27,122 bases of DNA from a virus. Where the stretch lies: IMG/VR virus record IMGVR_UViG_3300029858_000001, positions 1 to 27,122 of that record; one strand, 5' to 3'. The position numbers and the translations under genes are program-made. Position 1 is the stretch's first letter. Each line of letters opens with the position of its first letter. Shown here piece after piece: positions 9,761 to 16,899 of the stretch. A model generated the notes under the pieces. It ran no database searches. It saw only the letters and a program-made list of their open reading frames with translations, and was not told the origin of the DNA.

Positions 9761-11083
9761 ATGAATGATTGGGAAGAGAATAAATGCAAATTTTATAGTA
9801 GGCTTCCTGGTAATAAATTAATTTATCAAAGCCATACGCCTATTACAATGTCTATTTCAGAAGATGATAAAAAAGCTGAATTAGATTGTTTTATTGACAA
9901 TATTCGTTGGCATTATGGTTTATTTGAATTAAAAGATTTTGTTGAAAATAATAGAAAAGATTTTTATAATAATATTTTAAGCGAAGATTATTCAATGAAT
10001 AATGGGACTGTCATTCCAAAAGGAATGAAAATAATTAAAGCATTTAAATATTTTGTAGAAGATAAGGAAATTCTTACTGAAATACAAGATAAAGCTAGTA
10101 TGCTTATTCAAAATACAAAAATTAGTGGATATTTTTGTATGTCAGTTCATCCATTGGATTATCTTAGTTTAAGTGAAAATACACATAATTGGCGGTCATG
10201 CCATGCTCTTGATGGAGAGTATCGTGCTGGTAATTTATCTTATATGGCAGATAATTGTACAATTATATGTTATATTAAGAGTGAACATGACGCGGTTTTA
10301 CCTAGATTCCCAGAGGATATACCATGGGCAGATAAGAAATGGCGTATGCTTCTTCATGTATCTGATGATAATACTATGGTTATTTCAGGTCGGCATTATC
10401 CTTATGAAAGTAAAGGATTACAAGATTTCGCTCTTGAATTATATGAAACATTTTTCGGGCTAGGATACCGTTTTACTGATTGGTGTCATGAAAAATATAA
10501 TACATTTACAATAAATGATAAAATTTTTTCTAATGAGAGTCGTTTATTACCTACTGGATACGTAATGACCCCAGATATTAAGGTTATTGTTGATCCGAAA
10601 AATCCTTTGCACTATAATGATCCTCTCCATTCTACTGTGTATGACTATTGGTTTAGTATTGCTTATAGTGAACCTTATTGGCATGAAGAAGGTATTCCAC
10701 AAGATAAATTAATTCTTCCAAGAACTCGTACTACTACTAAAGTTAACATAGGACATGGGGTAAAATGCTGTATTTGCGGCAAAAATGATTGTGTTTTAAC
10801 AGATACAATGCTTTGTATTGATTGTGAGCTTGAATATGGTACAGAAGAAACAGAAGATTTTACTTTCTGTAGAGAGTGTGGTAGACGTATTTATATTCCT
10901 GAAGCAATATCATTAGATGATGATGATGGTTATGTATGCCGTAGCTGCGGAGATAATTATTAGATATGTGATAATTGTAATATGTATTATGATAAAAAAG
11001 ATTTAATTTATGATGAAGAAAACAATGCTTATTATTGTGAAGCTTGTTTTGATGAAATTTTATTTGATAGGGAGAATGAATAA
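9761..11083 (+). CDS. paralog of 5522-7165 (HPLDY domain plus zinc-ribbon array), read through TAG at 10961
   Basis: After TAG the frame continues in clearly coding, CxxC-containing sequence to TAA 11081. This overlaps the next start (TAATG). Confidence 0.65.
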
Positions 11084-11391
11084 TGGCAAAAGGTAGTATT
11101 GCTAAAGATGCTGTCGTAGAAAAAATTGCAGAAGCATTTGGTGAAGATTTCCTTGGATCTTATGATAAAAAGTATTATGTGCGAGCTAAAGAAAATGGAC
11201 AATATATTCAGATTGCAATTAGTTTAACTTGTCCGAAGACTCCTGTGGAAAATTTTGGTTCTATGGATTTTGGTAATAATGAACTTAATTTTGAAGATGG
11301 AGCAACAATTCAGCCTGCGAAGAAGGCTACAGAAATTAGTCCAGAGGAAGAAGAAAATTTAAGAGCTTTAATTGAGAAATTAGGATTATAA
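11083..11391 (+). CDS. small acidic hypothetical protein
   Basis: 102-aa ORF. Confidence 0.5.
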   Translation: MAKGSIAKDAVVEKIAEAFGEDFLGSYDKKYYVRAKENGQYIQIAISLTCPKTPVENFGSMDFGNNELNFEDGATIQPAKKATEISPEEEENLRALIEKLGL

Positions 11392-11393
11392 TT

Positions 11394-12005
11394 ATGATTT
11401 TAAGAATAATTTATAATGAAAATGAATCTTATGATTATGATTTAGGAGAATACCATACAGATAAATTTAAACTTTTGACAAGTGTTTATCCAGCTTGTGA
11501 AATTAATATATTATATTTCCATGATATTAATGATACAGAAAATTCTAAATTTGATAAAATTGCAAAAGAAATTCAATCAAAACCTTTTTTATTAATTAAA
11601 GAAGTTCAAATTTTAAATAAAAATACTGTTGTTTTTAAACAAAATAGAATGATAAAAAATATTGTTTATAGAGATATTTTTTATTCTGCTGGTCATAATT
11701 TAATTAAAGAAGAAGCTTTAACATTTAAATTCCAAGAAAATTGTAAAGCTATCATTGATAGAGAAAAAGAACAAATTTTTTGTGATAAAGAAAATTGTAT
11801 GTATTTTAAACAAGGACATTGTTTTAATTATAATACAGACCTTTATCAAAGTGGAGAAGAATTTGTTCCTTGTTATCCTTGTTTTCTTGAATGTGATACT
11901 GGATTTAAATTTTCTGAAATTTATTCATTTTATACAAAGTTACAAAATAAGGCAGAAGATGAGGGACATTTACCTTATCAACCTTATACAATAAGAGATA
12001 ATTGA
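11394..12005 (+). CDS. hypothetical protein (203 aa), Cys-containing
   Basis: ORF immediately after the previous stop. Confidence 0.5.
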   Translation: MILRIIYNENESYDYDLGEYHTDKFKLLTSVYPACEINILYFHDINDTENSKFDKIAKEIQSKPFLLIKEVQILNKNTVVFKQNRMIKNIVYRDIFYSAGHNLIKEEALTFKFQENCKAIIDREKEQIFCDKENCMYFKQGHCFNYNTDLYQSGEEFVPCYPCFLECDTGFKFSEIYSFYTKLQNKAEDEGHLPYQPYTIRDN

Positions 12006-12060
12006 AAAAAATAAAAAAATAATATATAATATATATATAAAATAAAGAAAAAAATAAATA

Positions 12061-12194
12061 AAGACTTTAACAGCAAAAAATGGACAGTAAATCCGTCGCA
12101 AATGCTACGTAGGTTCGAATCCTACCCTCCCCACCATTATATGGCGGAGGTAGGGAAGTGGTTAAACCCAACGGAACCAAACCAAATAAGTCTT
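12061..12194 (+). tRNA. circularly permuted type-II tRNA-like unit. The 3' half (12092-12136: TCCGT anticodon-stem strand, long variable arm, T-arm GTAGG-TTCGAAT-CCTAC, acceptor CCTCCCC-A-CCA) precedes the 5' half (12144-12175: acceptor GCGGAGG, TA, D-arm GGG-AAGTGGTTAAA-CCC, anticodon-stem ACGGA). The unit is flanked by the inverted repeat AAGACTT / AAGTCTT.
   Basis: Acceptor complementarity is 6/7. The anticodon-stem halves are perfectly complementary 5-mers (ACGGA/TCCGT). The T-arm is canonical. A 7-bp long-range terminal helix is present. No anticodon could be assigned. Confidence 0.4.
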
Positions 12195-12259
12195 GTTTGA
12201 ATAAAATAATTATTTGATTTTTAATAAAAAATATTATATAATATTTATATAAAAAAAGA

Positions 12260-12377
12260 AAGGCTTTTACAGCAATTTAAACTTTTTTCCGTGGTCGAAT
12301 AACTGGATAATTCATCAGAGTTAATTCTGAAAATAAGGATTCGAATTCCTTCCTTGGAGCAAAGCGTAAAAAGTCTT
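12260..12377 (+). tRNA. tRNA-like gene (core 12288-12359) with a 6-nt anticodon loop GTTAAT, flanked by the inverted repeat AAGGCTTTT / AAAAGTCTT. It shares the leader ACAGCAA with the 12061 unit.
   Basis: D-arm GAAT-AACTGGATA-ATTC, T-arm AAGGA-TTCGAAT-TCCTT, and an acceptor with one mismatch and one wobble. No CCA. The anticodon is not assignable. Confidence 0.35.
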
Positions 12378-12453
12378 GGGTAAATTTCTTAATTTGAAAA
12401 AATTAAAAAAATATAATATAATATATAAGTAATCAATAAGAAATCAAATAAAT

Positions 12454-12602
12454 GCTCTCGTAGCTCAATTGGTCAGAGCCGGCGACTTATCCAAGATTAG
12501 TTTAAATGGTAAAATAGTCTATGCGCAAGAAAGATGTGAGTTCAAGCCTAACATCTTGGGCCAAATCGCCAGATGTGGGTTCAAATCCCGACGGGAGCAC
12601 CA
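12454..12602 (+). tRNA. tRNA (Ile-like, anticodon loop CTTAT|AA, UAU) interrupted by a 73-nt tRNA-like insertion (12491-12563) after anticodon position 36
   Basis: Outer acceptor GCTCTCG / CGGGAGC-A-CCA. D-arm GCTC-AATTGGTCA-GAGC. Anticodon-stem GGCGA / TCGCC is split by the insert. The insert has termini CCAAGAT / ATCTTGG, a T-arm GTGAG-TTCAAGC-CTAAC, and its own G-CCA. Confidence 0.5.
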
Positions 12603-12628
12603 TATTCCAATAGAAAGGAATTAAAATA

Positions 12629-12868
12629 ATGAAGTTGACGAATATTAAACAGGTTGAAGATTTTATTGCAGCGGTTAATCGCGCTCATAGTAATGTATGG
12701 CTGGTAAGTCCGCAGGGTGACAGATACAATATGAAATCTGCACTTTCACAATATATCGCGCTTGGCGCATTACTTGGTCAGCATGGTGATGAACTGGAAC
12801 TTTTCTGTGATAGTAAGCAAGATGAAGGCTTATTTATTGAATTTTTCATAAAATATCCTGAAGTATAA
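12629..12868 (+). CDS. hypothetical protein (79 aa)
   Basis: RBS GAAAGGAATTAAAATAATG. It lies between tRNA genes and the nuclease gene. Confidence 0.5.
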   Translation: MKLTNIKQVEDFIAAVNRAHSNVWLVSPQGDRYNMKSALSQYIALGALLGQHGDELELFCDSKQDEGLFIEFFIKYPEV

Positions 12869-12871
12869 ATT

Positions 12872-13795
12872 ATGCCTAAACTTATTGATATTCCGATAGA
12901 AACTAAATTTAATAGATGGACTGTTCTTAAAAGAGATACTACTAAGAAACGAGGATACTGGTTTTGTTAGTGCGATTGTGGTAATCCTGAAATTAGAAGT
13001 ATAAATATTACTACATTAAAAAGTGGACGTTCAAAATCTTGTGGTAAATGTGGATAGTATGATGAAATTGGTAAGACTTATGGACGTTTAAAAGTTCTTG
13101 AAGTTGATTTAGATTATAAAGAGTAGTATAAGACTAAAGTTTCAGGTTATTATTATAAATGTTAGTGCTCTTGTGAAAATAAAACAATTATTACCGTAAG
13201 TGGCATTAATTTAAGAAATGGACATACAAAATCTTGCGGATGCTTAATTAAAGAAGGGTGTAATAAAAAAGATCTAACAGGTCAAGTTTTTGGGTTTTTA
13301 AAAGTTTTATATCCGACTGAATAGAGGGTATCTTCTTATATCATTTGGCATTGTCGTTGTTTAAATTGTAATAATGAATGTGATGTTTCATCCAGAAATT
13401 TAATTGAAGGAAGAACTAGCTCTTGTGGATGTTTGCGTTCAGTTGGAGAAGCAAATATAAAAAAAATATTGCAAAATAATTAGATAGATTTTTCTTAGGA
13501 AAAAAATTTTTCAGATTTAATTAATCCAGATACTACATATTTATTACGTTATGATTTTTATTTACCTCAATTTAATAGGCTTATAGAATTTGATGGAGAG
13601 TAGCATTTTAAATATAAAAAAAATAATTCTACTTGGAACAATGAAGAAAATTATTTAAAAACAGTGCATAATGATAAAATAAAAAATGATTATGCTAAAT
13701 AGCACAATATTCCATTAGTTCGTATTCCTTACTGGGAACGTGATAATATTACTCTTGATATGTTATTAGGAGATTAGTATTTAATTAACAAATAA
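12872..13795 (+). CDS. free-standing homing-endonuclease-like protein: three tandem Cys4 zinc-finger repeats (W-C-x-C-x-C-G-N ... S-C-G-C) plus a C-terminal Vsr/PD-(D/E)XK-like nuclease domain (YRYDFYLPQFNRLIEFDGEQHF). Contains 10 in-frame TAG sense codons.
   Basis: Hand translation gives a single frame from ATG 12872 to TAA 13793. The only interruptions are TAG. The repeats WFC(TAG)CDCGNPE, YKC(TAG)CSCENK and WHCRCLNCNNE are each followed by SCG(K)C. Confidence 0.65.
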
Positions 13796-13900
13796 TTTAT
13801 TGAATTTTTTGTCCATCATCCTGAAGTTTAATTGAAAAATTAAAAAAAATATTATAAAATATATATACAAAATAAATGAGAAATAAATTCTCATTTGTAT

Positions 13901-13977
13901 GGGACAGTAGCTTACGAGGTCGGAGCATTGGTCTGAAAAACCAAAGGATGGAGGTTCGATACCTCTCTGTCCCACCA
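13901..13977 (+). tRNA. tRNA-Phe (GAA)
   Basis: Acceptor GGGACAG / CTGTCCC. Anticodon loop CTGAAAA. T-arm GGAGG-TTCGATA-CCTCT. The discriminator is A and CCA is encoded. Confidence 0.85.
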
Positions 13978-13978
13978 A

Positions 13979-14058
13979 TTGGTCTTATACATGGGGTTTT
14001 CGATTTGAACTAGGCAGATTAGTCACCTGCCGTTGGCAATAGACCAATTAAAAATAAA
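13979..14058. ncRNA. short structured element / degenerate tRNA-like hairpin enclosed by TTGGTCT / AGACCAA
   Basis: 7-bp terminal helix. It has an internal GGCAG-ATTAGTCAC-CTGCC stem-loop that reads GTGACTAAT on the minus strand. No canonical cloverleaf forms on either strand. Confidence 0.25.
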
Positions 14059-14195
14059 CTGAGGCAAAGGGAAATCGGGTAGCTATGATGAATTTCATAG
14101 TAAAATCCTCTCATAATCAAGCTAATTGGGAGAGGGGTAGCACGGGAACGGGGAGAAGCGTGCTATAAAAGGTGAAATACTTCTTTCCACCATAT

Positions 14196-14271
14196 GCCGG
14201 TGTAGCCGAATGGCATAGGCGAATGATTTAGGATCATTAATCTGAAGGTTCGAGTCCTTTCACCGGTACCA
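14196..14271 (+). tRNA. tRNA with anticodon UAG (decodes CUN Leu codons) but a type-I (short variable arm) body
   Basis: Acceptor GCCGGTG / CACCGGT-A-CCA. Anticodon-stem AATGA / TCATT. Loop TTTAGGA. T-arm GAAGG-TTCGAGT-CCTTT. Confidence 0.65.
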
Positions 14272-14355
14272 ACAGTGAAGTAGTAGCTATACTCACTATA
14301 ATCAAGGCTCGGTGGTTGGTGGCTCCATCGTTATGTAAATAAGTCATATATATAT

Positions 14356-14426
14356 TACTTCTTGGTGTAATGGAAGCATGCTGCCTGAAAGAGGCGGAGG
14401 TATTGGTTCAATTCCAATAGAAGGAT
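14356..14426 (+). tRNA. tRNA-like element lacking a canonical anticodon loop (loop TGAAAGA or GAAAG pentaloop)
   Basis: Acceptor TACTTCT / AGAAGGA with one mismatch. T-arm ATTGG-TTCAATT-CCAAT is perfect. Anticodon-stem CTGCC / GGCGG. No CCA. Confidence 0.35.
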
Positions 14427-14795
14427 TAATTAAAGCTGGGAAATAATAGTCGCCCATAACTAATTATTTAATATAGGACTATTATTAAAGGTTATTTAAG
14501 TTAAAGAAATGCGGTTGAAGTTATTACTAACTTGATTATAAAATAACATGACCGCAAGACGAGTGTTTGAAGCTTGTCTATAAACAAATTCTTCATATGT
14601 TGTCTTTTTATACTTACTCTTTGGTTGTTTCTTGACATATAAGTAAAAACGGAAAGGGAGTTAAAGGTTCAGCTAAAAAACCGGTTTGTTTTTTGATAAG
14701 GTTTTAAAAATTATTAGGTGACAAAATCTTATTTGAGTGACGCTGCTCAGGAGGGTCCGGAACCTCTGAAATGCGTATAATAAAGGAGATAAAAT

Positions 14796-14972
14796 ATGAA
14801 ATTTCAATTAAGGTATTTTCATTGTCCTATTTGTCATTTACAAATGACGGCTCCTAAAACCAAGAATTTCAAAAAATCTTCTTATAAAGGGAAAAAACAT
14901 CGAAAAATAATGTATTGCATTAATTGTAAAAAAGAACAAAATTTTATTTTAGATGAAATTTCTATTGTATAA
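14796..14972 (+). CDS. small zinc-ribbon protein (58 aa; CPIC...CINC)
   Basis: ATG with RBS AAAGGAG. It is not in the ORF track because it is under 60 aa. Hand-translated MKFQLRYFHCPICHLQM...CINCKKEQNFILDEISIV. Confidence 0.45.
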   Translation: MKFQLRYFHCPICHLQMTAPKTKNFKKSSYKGKKHRKIMYCINCKKEQNFILDEISIV

Positions 14973-15011
14973 ATGATGGTGTGGCCTAGCGGTAAGGCAC
15001 CTGCCTTTGAT

Positions 15012-15745
15012 TTAGTAGCATAAGTAATGCAATTTCGAACTGGGTCAAAGAAGGTTAAGAGAATTAATTTAGGAATTAAATAACAGTGAAAGGAGCTGTT
15101 ATTTATGGCTAAAACTAATTCAGAAAATGTATGTAATTTTGTTAGAAATAGAAAAGCTAATTTAATTTCTTTATTTCATAGTAAATGTTGTATTTGTGGT
15201 TTCGATAAATTTCAAGAAGCTTTAGAATTTCATCATATAAATCCTAAAGAAAAAGAAATTTCTCTATCAGCTAATACAATGGTGTCATTAGAACGTCAAA
15301 TCAATGAGGCTAAAAAATGTATTTTAGTTTGTTCTAATTGCCATAAGGGAATACATGCTGGATATTATCAAATTCCTTCTAATTATTAGGATTTATTTGA
15401 TAATGAATAGGCAGAATATTTATTATAGATGAATAAAGAAATTAAAGAAGGTAAAAAACATTATTGCAAACAATGTGGTAAATTATTAAATTCTAATACA
15501 ACTTATTGTTTAGATTGTAGTCATATTATTTAGCGTAAAACAGAAAGACCAGATAGAGAAACTTTAAAGTAGTTAATTCGTAATTAGTCTTTCGTAGCAA
15601 TAGGTAAATAGTATGGAGTAAGTGATAATGCTATTCGCAAATGGTGTGTTTCTATGAATTTACCTACTAAAAAAACAGAAATTAACCTTTATAATGACGT
15701 CTAGTGGGAATAGATATAAGTTCAAATCTTGTTTAAATCACCATA
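15012..15745 (+). mobile_element. intervening sequence (intron-like) inside the tRNA-Gln anticodon loop, carrying a homing endonuclease gene
   Basis: It lies between the exon halves above. It contains ORF 15105-15719. A hairpin AACAG-TGAAAGGAGC-CTGTT presents the SD. Confidence 0.6.
15105..15719 (+). CDS. HNH homing endonuclease (N-terminal HNH: CCICGF...HHINPKE...CSNCH; C-terminal HTH: LIRN(Q)SFVAIGK(Q)YGVSDNAIRKWC) with 7 in-frame TAG sense codons
   Basis: The standard-code ORF is 15105-15389. With TAG read as sense the frame continues to TAA 15717. The frame was verified codon by codon. Confidence 0.7.
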
Positions 15746-15784
15746 AGCAGGGTACCGAGGGTTCAAATCCCTCCACCATCACCA

Positions 15785-16315
15785 GGTCAAGTTTGAGAAA
15801 TTTCATAAAGCATCGCTGACGTTAAATGGCACTTATATGAAAACGCGTAAGTAATATAAGATAGCAAAATTCTCGTAGTTCATCCTATTAGAGAATCTTA
15901 AAGAGTAATGGCAAGATCATATCGCGGGAGACCGTGCGTATGAGATACCAATAAAGGTAGCACATCTTGTGTTGAGCAAGATAAAAGATGGAAAGGATAC
16001 CTGCCATGCTTGGACGGTAAAAGAAGGCGTTGAATGTAATCGAAAAACATTCCGTTGGTTCTTAGGGGAGCGACGTAACAGTGAAACCCGAGGTTTGAGT
16101 CACCTTGTCCAAACGCTATGTATAGTCAAAGTCTAGGCAACAAGGTTTTAATTAGAGTTAATATTGTTTTAATTAAACTCATACTTGTGGAAATCAAGCA
16201 GGTCCACCTTACTGGGCCTACTGTAAAAGCCAGTTTGATATAGCCTCCATACCCAATGAGGATTTTTATAAAAGTCTATTTAATTTTTCGGGCGGTTTAA
16301 TTAGATAGATTAAAT
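15785..16315. ncRNA. about 530-nt non-coding, comparatively GC-richer, hairpin-rich region between tRNA-Gln and tRNA-Val. Candidate structured RNA of unknown class.
   Basis: No ORF in any frame even allowing TAG. TAA/TGA are dense in all frames. Many local helices are present (GTGGA...TCCAC, CCTC...GAGG). It contains a TATAGTC motif reminiscent of group I P7 but no matching GACTA partner. Confidence 0.3.
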
Positions 16316-16392
16316 GCCGAGATAGTGCAACTGGTTAACACGTCGCTTTTACACAGCGAAGAGTCTGAGTTCAAGTCTCAGTCTCGGCACCA
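16316..16392 (+). tRNA. tRNA-Val (UAC)
   Basis: Acceptor GCCGAGA / TCTCGGC-A-CCA. Anticodon-stem TCGCT / AGCGA. Loop TTTACAC. T-arm CTGAG-TTCAAGT-CTCAG. Confidence 0.85.
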
Positions 16393-16457
16393 ACAAATTT
16401 GAAAATTTAAAAAAAATATTATATAATATATATATAATAATAAAGGAGATATTTGAA

Positions 16458-16622
16458 ATGGCAACTACTAAGAAACCTGCAATTAAAATGGATAATACAG
16501 AGTTGAACGAGTATCTTCTGTTTCGCCGTCGTAGATCTATTGTTCCTGCTAAGAAAGGCAAGGGCATGGAATATGATAGAGCAAAGGAAAAAGAAAAGTC
16601 AAGAGATTTGGCTTCTGATTAA
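16458..16622 (+). CDS. small basic protein (54 aa)
   Basis: RBS AAAGGAG. Hand-translated MATTKKPAIKMDNTELNEYLLFRRRRSIVPAKKGKGMEYDRAKEKEKSRDLASD. It is embedded in the tRNA operon. Confidence 0.45.
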   Translation: MATTKKPAIKMDNTELNEYLLFRRRRSIVPAKKGKGMEYDRAKEKEKSRDLASD

Positions 16623-16726
16623 CTTAGGCGGCAAGAACATTTCTGTTCCTTGTAAATATAGCACATACTAATAACTTAGGAGTTGTGCCCTACAGCCAGT
16701 GAGTAGTTTTCAGGCTGGCATTATAT

Positions 16727-16801
16727 GGCCCCATCGACAAGTGGTCAAGTCCCAGGGTTTTCATCCCTGTATCGTCGGTTCGAATCCGGCTGGGGTCACC
16801 A
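16727..16801 (+). tRNA. tRNA-Glu (UUC)
   Basis: Acceptor GGCCCCA / TGGGGTC-A-CCA. Anticodon-stem CAGGG / CCCTG. Loop TTTTCAT. T-arm GTCGG-TTCGAAT-CCGGC. Confidence 0.85.
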
Positions 16802-16899
16802 TTAAGTGTGATATATTCCAAACACGTAGGGTGGTAAGCACACGGGTTTTCTAGAAGCCTTCCCTATGAATATGGGAGACTAGCCTAGTGGTTCAGGCA

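Larger units (their letters stand above)
14975..15784 (+). tRNA. tRNA-Gln (UUG) split gene. Exon 1 is 14975-15011 (acceptor GATGGTG, D-arm GCC-TAGCGGTAAG-GC, anticodon-stem CCTGC, loop CTTTGAT). Exon 2 is 15746-15784 (GCAGG, T-arm GAGGG-TTCAAAT-CCCTC, acceptor CACCATC-A-CCA).
   Basis: The acceptor is a perfect 7-mer and the anticodon-stem a perfect 5-mer, complementary across a roughly 735-nt intervening sequence. The D-arm closely matches E. coli tRNA-Gln. Confidence 0.7.

Noticed and set aside
530-12060. Bacteroidetes-type promoters (TAnnTTTG) and a Bacteroidetes host
   Set aside because: Nearly every gene has a strong AAGGAG/GGAGG Shine-Dalgarno and TTGACT/TATAAT-like -35/-10 elements, which Bacteroidetes genes lack.
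12061-12194. tmRNA (including two-piece permuted tmRNA) as an explanation of the permuted tRNA-like unit
   Set aside because: There is no 5' GGGG acceptor start, no tag-peptide reading frame with a resume codon, and the unit is only about 130 nt.
13781-13978. Minus-strand ORF (65 aa, ...VGQRGIEPPSFGF...)
   Set aside because: It is antisense to tRNA-Phe. This is the classic spurious ORF over a tRNA gene.
15012-15745. Confident group I intron call for the tRNA inserts
   Set aside because: I could not locate convincing P7 (GACUA/UAGUC) pairing or U-G / omega-G splice-site geometry. The non-coding portions are short. The class is left unresolved rather than asserted.
16349-16567. Minus-strand ORF 72 aa
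   Set aside because: It is antisense to tRNA-Val and the RBS-bearing small basic-protein gene on the + strand.
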